A DNA stretch of 61,550 bases from a virus (Duplodnaviria; Caudoviricetes): the IMG/VR virus record IMGVR_UViG_3300027833_001904, positions 1 to 61,550 of that record; one strand, given 5' to 3'. This document shows, in pieces, positions 1 to 10,484 of the stretch. Numbering within the stretch: position 1 is the first letter of the stretch; each line of letters starts with the position of its first letter. The notes beneath the pieces are model-generated. The model did no database searches and had not been told where the DNA came from. It saw only the letters and a list, made by a program, of their open reading frames with translations. The translations under genes were made by a program, and so were the position numbers.

Positions 1-366
1 AAAGACGATAAAGATTATATTAAAATTGCAAAAGAAACAGAAGCTGAATGTATTCAGATGTTTGTTGATGCAGTTGATCAAGAAAAAGAATGGGCTGAGT
101 ATTTGTTTAAAGATGGATCAATGATTGGTTTAAATACACAGCTATTAAGTGATTACATTGAATGGATTGCATCAAAGCGTATGACCGCGGTTGGACTAAA
201 GTCGCCATACAGTGTATCACAAGCAAACCCACTACCATGGACACAGAAATGGATCAGCGGTGCAGAAGTGCAAGTTGCTCCACAAGAAACTGAAATTAGT
301 AGTTATATTGTGGGTGGTGTTAAACAAGACGTATCTGAGGATACATTTAAAGGATTTAGTTTATGA
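1..366 (+). CDS. nrdB: Ribonucleotide reductase class Ia beta subunit, C-terminal part (5' truncated by window)
   Basis: Frame open from base 1; EKEWAEYLFKDGSMIGLN and VAPQETEISSY motifs. Confidence 0.95.
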   Translation, partial: KDDKDYIKIAKETEAECIQMFVDAVDQEKEWAEYLFKDGSMIGLNTQLLSDYIEWIASKRMTAVGLKSPYSVSQANPLPWTQKWISGAEVQVAPQETEISSYIVGGVKQDVSEDTFKGFSL

Positions 367-620
367 CAAATGTAGTAGTATACAGTAAGCCACATTGTCC
401 TTATTGCGATAAGGCAAAGGCATTACTTGAAAGAATGAATATCGAGTTTGAAGCAAAGATGCTTGATAAAGATTTTACAAGAGAAGATTTAATGGAAGTT
501 GCTCCAAGGGCTCGAACCTTCCCACAAGTGTTTATTAATGGAACAAACATTGGCGGGTATGATCAATTGACAACATACATTGAAACAACTAATTTTAACG
601 GAACAGGATTTACATTATGA
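363..620 (+). CDS. Glutaredoxin
   Basis: CPYC active site, TFPQVFI, IGGY; adjacent to nrdB. Confidence 0.93.
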   Translation: MTNVVVYSKPHCPYCDKAKALLERMNIEFEAKMLDKDFTREDLMEVAPRARTFPQVFINGTNIGGYDQLTTYIETTNFNGTGFTL

Positions 621-913
621 TTATTGAAACACCTTATAAAGTAGGGGACGTAGTAAGTATCAAACTAAGCAGTGGCGAAGAAATGATTGCGAAACTTGAA
701 GAAGAAACAGCAACACACATTTCAGTGAATAAACCACTTATCTTAGTAGCAGCAGAAACAGGCGTAGGCTTATCACCATTTATGTTCACAGTTAGCCCAG
801 CAGCTAAAGTGCGTCTGAATATAAATAGTATTATATGTGTAGTTAAGTCAGCGAAGGACGCCGACACTACATACATCCAACAAACAACAGGTTTGCATTT
901 AGCGAAAGCATAA
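617..913 (+). CDS. Conserved phage protein, possible Sm-like fold
   Basis: VSIKLSSGEEMIAK pattern; translationally coupled ORF. Confidence 0.55.
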   Translation: MIIETPYKVGDVVSIKLSSGEEMIAKLEEETATHISVNKPLILVAAETGVGLSPFMFTVSPAAKVRLNINSIICVVKSAKDADTTYIQQTTGLHLAKA

Positions 914-914
914 T

Positions 915-1205
915 ATGGCAGGAGTTCACAGAAATACAGACAGTCGTCCATGTGGTGCCACAACTTCGGTTAGTGGTCAAGGCACTGTCTATGTCAATAA
1001 TAAATTGTGTAGTGTGAACAACGATCCTAATACACACGGCGGCGGTAATTTAAAAGCCGCTAATCCAAATGTATATGTAAATAACAAACTCGTGGTAATT
1101 TTAGGCAATAGTGCTTCACCAGATGGCTACTGTCCATTACCTGGTGGTAGTCATTGTAATCCTAAAGCCAGTGGCGCCAGTGGCGATACATACGTAGGCG
1201 GATAA
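915..1205 (+). CDS. PAAR-type spike tip protein (T4 gp5.4-like)
   Basis: R-x-x-D-x-x-x-CGA, repeated VYVNN, His/Cys metal ligands, ASGDTYVG end. Confidence 0.85.
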   Translation: MAGVHRNTDSRPCGATTSVSGQGTVYVNNKLCSVNNDPNTHGGGNLKAANPNVYVNNKLVVILGNSASPDGYCPLPGGSHCNPKASGASGDTYVGG

Positions 1206-1206
1206 T

Positions 1207-2490
1207 ATGTCAGATTTTGAAACAGCAGCTAATTATTTAAAGAACACTAATGTTGATTTAGTCACAAGTGCTACAGTAGATGTAGGCACTGGCGAAGTAG
1301 AAACAACCACAACAAGTATGAGTTTAAGAGAAATTATCTGTAGCTTATTAGCTGGTGGCGGAATTAAACTTCCTAACTTACAATTGTGTTTAAAAATTAA
1401 CTTAGGTAGACTATTGGGTATACCAGGAATTCCACCAGAGTTATATAAAGCACTTGCTGAAGCCGATGCAGCATTAGATGAATTTATTGCACATACAAAC
1501 ATTGATAATGTATTGGGTAGACTAAACGCCGCAATTGCAGAATTTGCCGCAATTGCTAACATGATTAATTTTTGTGGAACACCAATTAACCCAAAACCAA
1601 TTCCAAATGTATTAAAAGAAATATTTGGTTCATATCTAGGAGCAGGTAAAAGCATACTAGATAAACTAGGAACTATGTTAGACAGCGATATTGGTGGATG
1701 CACATCAGGTGGTGGATTTAATGCAGGTATATTTCAAAATGGTATCCTTAAATCATTAGGTGATTTAATTACTCAATTTGGTAGTCTTGCAAATGCTCCA
1801 CAGTCAGTAATAGATGGACTAGTTAACGAGCTTAATGCATTTTCATCAGATATGAAAAATCTAGTTACACTTGAGAACAATTTTAGTGGAACAAATTCTA
1901 ATGGTGGCAGTTCATTTGCAGATGCATCTGCACAATCAACACATACAGGTGTTGGAACAGCAATTGATTCAAGCACATTGACATTAGCAAAAGCACAAGG
2001 ACTTGCTGGCTCATTAAAATCTGCATATGATAGTTTAAATGGTTATCCGGTTGATGCAGCAGGTAATAGCATATTTGATTACTTATTAGATGCTCAAATG
2101 TTAGCCAAATTAAAGCAAAATGATTTACCTACAGTTAGTGTAGTGGAAAGAACACCTGTTTATGATTATTGTGGCGTAGTTACTGGATATACAACAGCAC
2201 CAGATTATAGTGTGCCAAAGAGCGAAGGATCACCGGTAACAGTATCTTCTGCACCTGGAATAACAGGATTAGCAGAAAGTGGAACAGTAAGTAATAATTC
2301 ACCAACAACAACAACAAATTTAACTAATCCAAATCCAATGATAAGAAGTAGTGTTCCAGCTACTAATATTGGTAGTTCGGGCGATAAAAAAGGCGACATA
2401 GCATCTGATTCATCATACATATACATAGCAAATGCAGATTATGACGGATCTACTGCAATATGGGTAAGAGCTGCACTCAGTTCTTGGTAA
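1207..2490 (+). CDS. Putative virion/baseplate-associated protein
   Basis: Follows PAAR gene; Gly/Ser/Thr-rich; C-terminal GDKKGDIASDSSYIYI...WVRAAL motif typical of tail proteins. Confidence 0.55.
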   Translation: MSDFETAANYLKNTNVDLVTSATVDVGTGEVETTTTSMSLREIICSLLAGGGIKLPNLQLCLKINLGRLLGIPGIPPELYKALAEADAALDEFIAHTNIDNVLGRLNAAIAEFAAIANMINFCGTPINPKPIPNVLKEIFGSYLGAGKSILDKLGTMLDSDIGGCTSGGGFNAGIFQNGILKSLGDLITQFGSLANAPQSVIDGLVNELNAFSSDMKNLVTLENNFSGTNSNGGSSFADASAQSTHTGVGTAIDSSTLTLAKAQGLAGSLKSAYDSLNGYPVDAAGNSIFDYLLDAQMLAKLKQNDLPTVSVVERTPVYDYCGVVTGYTTAPDYSVPKSEGSPVTVSSAPGITGLAESGTVSNNSPTTTTNLTNPNPMIRSSVPATNIGSSGDKKGDIASDSSYIYIANADYDGSTAIWVRAALSSW

Positions 2491-2534
2491 AACCCACAAA
2501 TTCTAAAAAAAACTAAAAAAACAAGACATTTCGG

Positions 2535-2563
2535 TTGACAAAAGGCTATCTTACTGTTATATT
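2535..2563 (+). promoter_or_regulatory. Sigma70-type early promoter
   Basis: TTGACA-17nt-TATATT; CAAGACAT motif just upstream (2522-2529). Confidence 0.75.
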
Positions 2564-2599
2564 ATATATAATTGTATTAATTAAAGAAACGATACGAAT

Positions 2600-2887
2600 A
2601 TGAGAGCAACAATATATAACGATGGAATTAAGCGAATCAATGCTAAAATTGAAGTTCCGCTTAGTAATGATGATGTGGGTGATTATATCCTTAGTGCCTT
2701 AGTTGGCGACTCTATAGATTTAAGAAGCCTGCAACAAATGAATAAACGACAACTTTTGCATCTTGCTAAAGAAGAAATTAAAACGTTTGGGACAGAAAAC
2801 CCAAGAGAACGTGTTAATGGAATCGATAACGATACACAGGTTATTGTTAAAAACTACGTGAAACAAATGTTTCCAGAATTACAATAA
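2600..2887 (+). CDS. Hypothetical protein
   Basis: 95 aa ORF downstream of promoter. Confidence 0.7.
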   Translation: MRATIYNDGIKRINAKIEVPLSNDDVGDYILSALVGDSIDLRSLQQMNKRQLLHLAKEEIKTFGTENPRERVNGIDNDTQVIVKNYVKQMFPELQ

Positions 2888-2900
2888 ACAGGAGATTATT

Positions 2901-3443
2901 ATGAACAAACTTGCATACGGAATTATATTAACAACTATACTATTTGCACAATCAGTATTTGCGGAATCAAGAACAGACACAGTAATAAACGTAGATGGCT
3001 ATGTAGTAGATACCCAAACATTGACCGTCAAGACTCAATTAGTGGAAACACCAATTAGAACTTGTAATATTGTAAATGTTCCAATTTATGGAAATACTGG
3101 TAAAACACAAACCGGAGAAGTATTAGGTGGCGCAATTATAGGCGGCATACTAGGTAACCAAGTAGGCGGTGGCAAAGGTAAAGATGCTGCAACTATACTA
3201 GGTGCAATTTTAGGGGCAGACTTTGCCAATAAAAAAGGTGGACAACAAAAAATTGTTGGATACAAACAAGTAGAGCAATGTGAAGTCACATACGAAAAAA
3301 CATACCAAACTATAACCAGATGTGATGTAACAGTAAGTATACCTGCAATAAAAGGAGTTACACATACTTATGTAACTGATACTTGTCCTGCTAATAATAC
3401 CAAAGTTAAACTTGTTACAAGTTTAAGCATACAGCGAAGATAA
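2901..3443 (+). CDS. Glycine-zipper 2TM exported protein (YcfJ-like)
   Basis: Signal peptide; GAIIGGILGNQVGGGKGKDAATILGAILGA; AGGAG RBS. Confidence 0.85.
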   Translation: MNKLAYGIILTTILFAQSVFAESRTDTVINVDGYVVDTQTLTVKTQLVETPIRTCNIVNVPIYGNTGKTQTGEVLGGAIIGGILGNQVGGGKGKDAATILGAILGADFANKKGGQQKIVGYKQVEQCEVTYEKTYQTITRCDVTVSIPAIKGVTHTYVTDTCPANNTKVKLVTSLSIQRR

Positions 3444-3463
3444 ATAAAAAGTAGAAAGAATAT

Positions 3464-3539
3464 GCCGGTATAGCTCAGTTGGTAGAGCAACTGATTTGTA
3501 ATCAGTAGGTCACGTGTTCGAATCATGTTACCGGCACCA
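3464..3539 (+). tRNA. tRNA-Thr(UGU)
   Basis: Cloverleaf; ACTGA-TTTGTAA-TCAGT arm; GTTCGAATC; encoded CCA. Confidence 0.96.
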
Positions 3540-3635
3540 GATATAAAGAAAAGGCGATTGGACTGCCGGGCTGCAAAATGCCTTAAAACGGAAATACAAA
3601 AGAGAATTAATACCAGTAAACATTTAAACAGTCAT

Positions 3636-3711
3636 GGGGCTGTAGCTCAGCTGGGAGAGCACTGCCTTTGCAAGGCAGGGGTCAGGAGTTCGATCCTCCT
3701 CAGCTCCACCA
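3636..3711 (+). tRNA. tRNA-Ala(UGC)
   Basis: GGGGCTG/CAGCTCC acceptor with G3:U70; CTGCC-TTTGCAA-GGCAG; CCA. Confidence 0.97.
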
Positions 3712-3720
3712 TTAAAACTA

Positions 3721-3750
3721 GGCCCTCATCTTAAACGGTGAGGGCTTTTT
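3721..3750 (+). terminator. Intrinsic terminator
   Basis: GCCCTCATC-TTAAAC-GGTGAGGGC followed by TTTTT. Confidence 0.85.
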
Positions 3751-3764
3751 ACTTTAATAAAGTC

Positions 3765-3793
3765 TTGACTTAGTATAAAAACTGTTATATAAT
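3765..3793 (+). promoter_or_regulatory. Sigma70-type promoter
   Basis: TTGACT-17nt-TATAAT. Confidence 0.75.
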
Positions 3794-3836
3794 GTAAGCA
3801 ATTAATAACAACAGAAAAGTAAAAGGGAGAAAATTA

Positions 3837-4490
3837 ATGTCTGAACTAATGAGTAAGAAACTAAAAGACAGCTATGAAAATGGATTTGATAATACAGCAG
3901 GATCGAAAGAGATCTTTGGAACATGGACTACATACGAAGAAGATATTAATGCAGGGCAATGGCTTGCTCCTGTTAAAGTAGCTGCATATGTCCAGCACAA
4001 CTTTAATCCTAGTGTTAGCATTGGTGATATTGCGTGTGGAACTGGATTAGTTGCAAAACTATTAAAACCAGGCTTTTACACTAACATTGATGGATATGAT
4101 ATTACAGTAGAGTTCTTAGAAAAAGCTAAAGAACATTATAACAATACAGCATACAATGACATTTGTGCAGAAGCATTGCCTAAACAATACGAGGTAGTTA
4201 CTGCAAGTGGAGTATTTGCACCAGGTCACCTAAGTGCATTGCCAAGTAAAAACATTGCAGATAGTTTGCTTCCAGGCGGAACATTTGTTATGAGTAATCC
4301 TAGTAACGCACACGGACACGCATTAATCCCATCAGACTATTCATATATGGAAACAGGTGGATGGAATGCACAACAAGATCTTGTAATGATTTATGAATCA
4401 GATCCATATCCTAGTTTGTTACACAATGGACATCAACACTACCACAGGGTTCGTGCATGGAAACGAGCGAAAGATGTTGCAGTTCTGTAA
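3837..4490 (+). CDS. Class I SAM-dependent methyltransferase
   Basis: Motif I DIACGTG, DGYDI, ASGVFAPGH, LLPGG. Confidence 0.88.
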   Translation: MSELMSKKLKDSYENGFDNTAGSKEIFGTWTTYEEDINAGQWLAPVKVAAYVQHNFNPSVSIGDIACGTGLVAKLLKPGFYTNIDGYDITVEFLEKAKEHYNNTAYNDICAEALPKQYEVVTASGVFAPGHLSALPSKNIADSLLPGGTFVMSNPSNAHGHALIPSDYSYMETGGWNAQQDLVMIYESDPYPSLLHNGHQHYHRVRAWKRAKDVAVL

Positions 4491-4493
4491 GTG

Positions 4494-4501
4494 AATAAAT
4501 A
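4494..4501 (+). promoter_or_regulatory. Late promoter-like TAAATA element upstream of the 4525-12016 operon
   Basis: AATAAATA matches the core found before many late genes; AGGA RBS follows. Confidence 0.55.
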
Positions 4502-4524
4502 CACATATAATATAGGATACAACA

Positions 4525-5943
4525 ATGAGACCTTTTTACTTACTCCCTAAAAACGACAGCCCAGCATTATCTGACAAATACAGATTACTTACATACGAAC
4601 AACTTATTGCTGAAGTGTTAGCATGTAAGAAAATTTTAAATGCCAGCGGCTATACTAAAGACCACAGAATTGCTATCCAAGGCACTAATAGAGTTGAGAC
4701 TTGGATTTGGATGATTGCGGCATCGTTTGATGGATCAGGAACAACACTTCCATGGAAAGCATCTGAGTATACAGAGAATGCAAGACTAAAGAAAAACAAT
4801 GCTAACGCAGTTGTTAGGTTAAACCACGATGGCACATTAAACGAAATCGATCACAAACACTTTGAAAAGTCAGTAACACAAGAAAAAGAATACATGTGCC
4901 AATACTCAAGTGGCACAACAAACAGATATGGTATTCCAAGTTGCTACAGTGGTGTATATGAACTAGATGAAAACAATTGGGGTGGTGATGGTCGCCAAGC
5001 AATTGCGTATAGAGTCAAAGGCAATCCAGACTTTGCTAACCCAGAAACAAATAGATTCCTAAACATTATGCAACCATATATTCCGTGGTCGCAGGACCTT
5101 ACATATCACACACTGTTAATGGGTGGTTGGGTGCATGTTATTAACGACCCAGACGAATATGATAGTGCATGTGAAATACAAAAGCCTACATGGGTTATTG
5201 GATTTCCATTATCATTGCAAAAAGTTATGGATACCAACAAAGGAACACACAAAGTTAATACTGTAGAATTTACTGGCGGCATTGTAACTACTAAGCAACA
5301 AGAAGATTGGCAAGAGTTTTTTGACCCAGATCAATATATGAATGTATATGGTGAAGGAAGTGTAGGAACTTATTGTGTTAACTTTGCTAAAAAAGGCGAA
5401 GATATTAGACATGTAGGAAAGCCATTAGATTGGTTTATTCATTCAGGCGGTGAAATGCGTATTGGCGAAAAAGGAACAGTAGAAGTGCGTGGACAGAATA
5501 CACCTGGTGACGAATGGTGGGATTCAGATGACCTAGCAGAGATAACACCCGAAGGCAATTATAATATTATAGGTCGTGCAAACGAAGTAATTATCAGCAG
5601 AGGTGGAGCAAATATCTTCCCATATGAGATAGCAGAATTTATTGGACAACATCCTAAAGTAAATGATTGTTATTTGTATAAGATAACAGTAGATGATGAA
5701 CGTGGCGAAATGCCTGGTTGCGTATACAGTGGTGATGTTGGCCCTGAACATTTTTATAACTATGTTAAAAAGAAGATAGAAGGATATCAAGTTCCAGTTA
5801 AGTTCACAAGACTAAGTGACACAGTTCCTAAATTGCTACAAAGCAAAGGCGACAAGTTTCAAGCACCAAAGATTAATTTATTTTTTATGAATGAAACTCT
5901 GCAAGAAAACAGTGAGTGGATTGTTGATGAATACAAAGTCTAA
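4525..5943 (+). CDS. Adenylate-forming (AMP-binding, acyl-CoA ligase-like) enzyme
   Basis: YSSGTT loop, NVYGEG, WDSDD, GRANEVIISRGGANIFPYEI. Confidence 0.8.
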   Translation: MRPFYLLPKNDSPALSDKYRLLTYEQLIAEVLACKKILNASGYTKDHRIAIQGTNRVETWIWMIAASFDGSGTTLPWKASEYTENARLKKNNANAVVRLNHDGTLNEIDHKHFEKSVTQEKEYMCQYSSGTTNRYGIPSCYSGVYELDENNWGGDGRQAIAYRVKGNPDFANPETNRFLNIMQPYIPWSQDLTYHTLLMGGWVHVINDPDEYDSACEIQKPTWVIGFPLSLQKVMDTNKGTHKVNTVEFTGGIVTTKQQEDWQEFFDPDQYMNVYGEGSVGTYCVNFAKKGEDIRHVGKPLDWFIHSGGEMRIGEKGTVEVRGQNTPGDEWWDSDDLAEITPEGNYNIIGRANEVIISRGGANIFPYEIAEFIGQHPKVNDCYLYKITVDDERGEMPGCVYSGDVGPEHFYNYVKKKIEGYQVPVKFTRLSDTVPKLLQSKGDKFQAPKINLFFMNETLQENSEWIVDEYKV

Positions 5944-7798
5944 TGTATATCTAGCACAATTTAGTTTAACCATAACTCCTGGCAACATGATTTTCATGCC
6001 GTATGCAGTATCATGTGTGTGGAGTTATGCACAGACACACGACGATATTCGAGACAACTATGAAATGAAGGAAGTATTTTTTGAGAAGATACCTCCAAAG
6101 GAAGTAGTAAAAAAGTTAGACAATCCTAAAGTATTTGCATTTGGTTGTTATATTTGGAATTGTAATTACACAGACGAAGTTGCAAAACTAGTCAAAGAAA
6201 AGTTTCCAGAATGTTTAATAGTATATGGTGGCCCACAAATACCAATAACAGCACACGATGAATGGTGGAGCAATCACTCATATGTTGATGTTGTTATATA
6301 TTACGAAGGTGAGAAGCGTTTCACACGAGTGTTAAGATGCAGTTCCAAAGAAGAAATGTCAATGATACCTAATGTAAGTGTTAACTTTGATGGTGACTGG
6401 ACATTTAACTTAGACTATAAAGCAGTTGGTAAAGATAGAATAAAAGACTTAGAACAAATACCAAGTCCGTATCTGTTAGGTATGTTTCCTAATCCACAGC
6501 AAAATTGGATTCCAATTATGGAAACTACAAGAGGTTGTCCATATGCCTGCACATTCTGTGACTTGGGTGCATTGAATCATAATAAAGTTTACAAGACTGA
6601 ATTGGGCAGAGTGCAAGAAGAACTTGATTGGTTAGTAGAAAATAAACTATCAAGTTTCTATTATGTTGATAACAACTTTGGATTATTTAAAGACAGAGAT
6701 GATACTATTGTTGATATGGTTATTGCAAGTAAAGAAAAGCATGGATACCCAAAGAGTTTCTTTGTTAACTGGGCAAAGAATCATAAAGAAGAATTTATTA
6801 ACATGGCAAAGAAACTGTATGATGCAGATGTGCTACAGTCAATAACATTAAGTCTACAAACTAGAAACGAAGAAGCACTAGAAATTATTAAACGTAAAAC
6901 TATGAACATCAACGATATTAGTTTTTATACTGATATGTGTAAACAAGTAGGCTTACCTTACAGCACAGAACTTATGCTGGGCAACCCAGGTGAAACTGTT
7001 GATAGTTGGAAAGATGGATACATAGAAGTAGTTGCCGACGGTATCAGTTGTGACATATACGCAGTAGCACTACTACCAGGCGCAGAACTGGCATCAGAAG
7101 CAAGTTTAAAAGAACATGGAATAGAATATGAACCAGTTCAGTTTCCAGGCGTAGCCAACCCAAAGTATCGTCCAGTAAAAGAATGGATGAATCAAATTGT
7201 AGCTACTAAGTATATGAATAGAAACGAAATGCGTGAGATGTTTGAATGGACTTGGTGCACCAGATTAGGACACGAGTTCAACTTTACACGTGAACTAGCA
7301 AATTATTGTGAGAAACACAATGTTGCTACAATGCGTGAGTTCTACGACAGCTTCTATGAGTATATAAATACTAGTAAGGGTATATTAAACAAGTATTATA
7401 CAGATGTATTGTTGTTTAGAACTGAAAAGTATGAATACACTCTTGCACTAAAAAATATACAATTCAGAGATAATTTAAGTTTAGAAGATAGAGAACTTGT
7501 TAAGACAGACATTAAAGCATTTGCAAGCCAATATAATCTACCTAATGATTTAATTGAATATAATGACGCTAAAATGTTCAGAGGTGATGTAAATTATCCT
7601 TGGCGTATTAAGTTTGATTATGACTTCTTAAATGATATAGATCAAAAAGTAGAAATTGAATTTACAGAAACAGGACACGGTAGAGCTACATCAACCCGAG
7701 ATAATCTACTAGTAGGAACAGATACAGTAGATGAAGAATATAAAAGAAAGAAGAGAATGGTATGCACCAGGACGAATGGGACAATAGTGAGTTTGTAA
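5927..7798 (+). CDS. B12-binding radical SAM enzyme
   Basis: N-terminal cobalamin-binding-like domain (FGCYIWN, VYGGPQ, YEGE); ETTRGCPYACTFC; GNPGET. Confidence 0.9.
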   Translation: MNTKSNVYLAQFSLTITPGNMIFMPYAVSCVWSYAQTHDDIRDNYEMKEVFFEKIPPKEVVKKLDNPKVFAFGCYIWNCNYTDEVAKLVKEKFPECLIVYGGPQIPITAHDEWWSNHSYVDVVIYYEGEKRFTRVLRCSSKEEMSMIPNVSVNFDGDWTFNLDYKAVGKDRIKDLEQIPSPYLLGMFPNPQQNWIPIMETTRGCPYACTFCDLGALNHNKVYKTELGRVQEELDWLVENKLSSFYYVDNNFGLFKDRDDTIVDMVIASKEKHGYPKSFFVNWAKNHKEEFINMAKKLYDADVLQSITLSLQTRNEEALEIIKRKTMNINDISFYTDMCKQVGLPYSTELMLGNPGETVDSWKDGYIEVVADGISCDIYAVALLPGAELASEASLKEHGIEYEPVQFPGVANPKYRPVKEWMNQIVATKYMNRNEMREMFEWTWCTRLGHEFNFTRELANYCEKHNVATMREFYDSFYEYINTSKGILNKYYTDVLLFRTEKYEYTLALKNIQFRDNLSLEDRELVKTDIKAFASQYNLPNDLIEYNDAKMFRGDVNYPWRIKFDYDFLNDIDQKVEIEFTETGHGRATSTRDNLLVGTDTVDEEYKRKKRMVCTRTNGTIVSL

Positions 7799-8316
7799 TA
7801 GAACTCCCACAACTAGAGTTTAATCCAGAAACCTTCCTGGAACAGATGCAAGGAATAGAACTTAAAGACTACGTTAGTGCGTATGGCAAGCCCACTGGCT
7901 TGCAAGTAAGTTATGCACCAGAATTAATTCAAACACAAATTGTAAAACATTATCTTGATATTTTTAAAGACTTTAAGATTCCAATAGGTGATATAGAAAA
8001 CAATCATGCACACGGCGATGGATTATATGGGTGGAGTTATATTAAAACAAAAGCAAACGCTCCGTTGCAAAGACACACAGACGCAGTAAGAGAAGCAAGT
8101 ATTACATTTCCGTTAACATTCCCACAGGAATTGAATTTTTTTAGTAGCAAAGAATCAACCGAAAAATTAGTATATGAATATAAACCAGTTATTGTGATAA
8201 TAAATGCAAAACACAAATGGCATTCAGTTGATCCAAGCAATGAGCCTAGATTACAGTTTCAACTTGATTGTTTTAATCCATGGGATGAGATTAAAGAACT
8301 AGTTAAAGCATTATGA
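7762..8316 (+). CDS. Putative 2OG-Fe(II) oxygenase-fold protein
   Basis: HTD...WHSV...PRLQFQL (HxD...H...R). Confidence 0.65.
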   Translation: MHQDEWDNSEFVIELPQLEFNPETFLEQMQGIELKDYVSAYGKPTGLQVSYAPELIQTQIVKHYLDIFKDFKIPIGDIENNHAHGDGLYGWSYIKTKANAPLQRHTDAVREASITFPLTFPQELNFFSSKESTEKLVYEYKPVIVIINAKHKWHSVDPSNEPRLQFQLDCFNPWDEIKELVKAL

Positions 8317-8948
8317 ATCCAGTAATTGTAATTAATGTAAACATGGCGTCTAAAGGACACCAAATTGGAAGATTAGTATCAAGTTGTAGTAATATTACTT
8401 GGTATGATCATCCTGGCAATGGAAACAATCCATGGGAACCATGTAATAATATATTAAATGCAGAACTAAGTGGCTTTCATTACGATAGACGATTTGCAGA
8501 CAACAGCACAATACCACCTGTGTTAGATTTTAGTAGACGCAGTGGATTGCCAGAGCGTCCAGTTATAGAATACAAAGATAGATTGCTAACATACATAACA
8601 CACAGCTATTTAGATGAGTCACGTGAGTATTTTAATGGTAAACATCTTGTGGTGTTACACAAAGACCTAGACAGGTTTATGAATACATCATGGAAATTTA
8701 GAGTAGGTAAAACAAAAAGACTTGTTAGTGAATTATACACAGAAGAACAAATAGTAGAAATGCTAAACAGCATATACGATAATTACAAAGACAATATAAC
8801 AGAGGATGATTTTGTTATTGAATCAATAGATGAACTATTTGATCAAGATATTTTTAAAAACATGTGTAATAAATTAGAATTAGAGTTTAATGAAGATAGA
8901 TATATACAAGTGAAGAGATTTATAAATGCAAACACACTTATTAACTAA
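8313..8948 (+). CDS. Hypothetical protein, possibly a divergent sulfotransferase/P-loop-like fold
   Basis: Coupled ORF; N-terminal beta-loop-helix pattern (VINVNMASKGHQIGRLV); fold assignment weak. Confidence 0.45.
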   Translation: MNPVIVINVNMASKGHQIGRLVSSCSNITWYDHPGNGNNPWEPCNNILNAELSGFHYDRRFADNSTIPPVLDFSRRSGLPERPVIEYKDRLLTYITHSYLDESREYFNGKHLVVLHKDLDRFMNTSWKFRVGKTKRLVSELYTEEQIVEMLNSIYDNYKDNITEDDFVIESIDELFDQDIFKNMCNKLELEFNEDRYIQVKRFINANTLIN

Positions 8949-9462
8949 AGAAGTATTCCCACAGTTGGAAACTTTCTTTGATACTGCAAAGGAATTAAAG
9001 TATCTAAACAATGTTAGTAAACGTGCTATGAAATACGACTGGTGTTTAGACTTTGGTGGAATGTGGCATTGTGCAATAGATGATAATAATCGCATGGTAA
9101 GTTTAGCAGGCTGTCATCCATTACCAGAAGTTGATGACAATGCTTGGAGAGTAATGTTTAGAGGAGTTCAAATACCAGGAGATTATGGATTTGGATTAAG
9201 TAAATATCATATGAGTGCATTAACATGGAGATTACTATTGCCATTGCAATTAGAATATATCGATAACGCAGATGCATATATAACTACTAACATCTCACAT
9301 GATGCAAGTGGTAAAATGAATAAGACACACAGATTATTTCAACAGTTAGAGAAACTGGGTATGGTTGAACATTATAATGACATGGAACTATATCACACTG
9401 ATCAAAGTGTTTGGAAACTAAACAAAGAGAAATATATGGAGGTAAGAAGCAATGTGGTTTAA
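8926..9462 (+). CDS. Putative GNAT-like acyltransferase
   Basis: MVSLAGCH...WRVMFRG pattern; size consistent with a GNAT. Confidence 0.5.
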   Translation: MQTHLLTKEVFPQLETFFDTAKELKYLNNVSKRAMKYDWCLDFGGMWHCAIDDNNRMVSLAGCHPLPEVDDNAWRVMFRGVQIPGDYGFGLSKYHMSALTWRLLLPLQLEYIDNADAYITTNISHDASGKMNKTHRLFQQLEKLGMVEHYNDMELYHTDQSVWKLNKEKYMEVRSNVV

Positions 9463-9730
9463 TTGGAAACATCTAAGAGATGCAGAATATCTTAGTAAAA
9501 GCAAACGTGAAAATGGAGTAGTGTTATACTTCAAACACATGTGGGTTGGATTTAGAGAAGCAGGAAAACAATTGCTAATGGCTATTGCTAGTGTATTACA
9601 TGCAATATTTCCACCATTGTTTGATTTCAAATTACTTGATATAGTAATTGATCAAACTATAGGCTTACATAAGTTTTTGCCAGATCATCCAAGTTGGCAG
9701 AGACTAAAAGACGAATTAAAGAAGAAATAA
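9452..9730 (+). CDS. DUF6356-like small protein
   Basis: HL...YFKHM...ASVLHAIFPPLF pattern. Confidence 0.65.
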   Translation: MWFNWKHLRDAEYLSKSKRENGVVLYFKHMWVGFREAGKQLLMAIASVLHAIFPPLFDFKLLDIVIDQTIGLHKFLPDHPSWQRLKDELKKK

Positions 9731-9731
9731 T

Positions 9732-10430
9732 ATGAACTTAGACAATCTTAAATTAATACTGGAACACGGAATCACAATTAACACAAGTGGAACAACTGGT
9801 GAACCAAAAAGCATAACACAGACACCTGAGAAGATGAAATTTGCAGACGAGATTGCAATTGATAGTCAACAGTTGACTAAAAATTCTAAAATATATACAG
9901 TTTGCAAAATACAACATGCAGGTGGATTACTAGCACAAACATTACCAGGTATTAGACTTGGAGCAGAAGTTGTTATAGACGATTTTAATGCATATAGATG
10001 GGTAAGAGAAATAAACAAGTATACACATTCGCATCTTACACCTAATCATGCAAAAGCAATAATGAAAACCAAAGGCTGGCGATTATTAGATTTAACTGGC
10101 GTATGGATAACATGTGGAAGTGATCCGGTTCCTTGGGATACTATTAGTGCATTTGTAGAAAAAGGTGCAACATTTATGGCAAATTGGGGTATGACAGAAA
10201 TTGGTCCATGTGCTATTAATACTGTATTTGAAACATTAGACAAAGTAGAAGAATATAAACAAGAATTAACTATTGTAGGCGATAGATTCTATTGCGATAC
10301 TACAGTAGGACCAGATGGGCAATTATATGTTAAAGGTGATATAAGCACATATGGAGATAATTGGTTTGCTACAAAAGATGTAGTAAAAGAAGAAAATAAC
10401 AGCTATTATTACGTTAAAAGGGCGTATTAG
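9732..10430 (+). CDS. Short adenylate-forming (AMP-binding) enzyme
   Basis: TSGTTGEPK, WGMTEIGP, WFATKD; lacks C-terminal subdomain. Confidence 0.8.
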   Translation: MNLDNLKLILEHGITINTSGTTGEPKSITQTPEKMKFADEIAIDSQQLTKNSKIYTVCKIQHAGGLLAQTLPGIRLGAEVVIDDFNAYRWVREINKYTHSHLTPNHAKAIMKTKGWRLLDLTGVWITCGSDPVPWDTISAFVEKGATFMANWGMTEIGPCAINTVFETLDKVEEYKQELTIVGDRFYCDTTVGPDGQLYVKGDISTYGDNWFATKDVVKEENNSYYYVKRAY

Positions 10431-10484
10431 ACGCTCAAATACCGTCATACAAGCACGAATTACACATAGGAAACAAATTATAAC

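Noticed and set aside
3551-3584. AAGGC...GCCTT stem containing CTGCAAA between two tRNAs (possible tRNA-Cys remnant)
   Set aside because: No T-arm, D-arm or CCA; too short to support
3525-3734. 69-aa ORF in the ORF track
   Set aside because: Overlaps tRNA-Thr and tRNA-Ala; spurious
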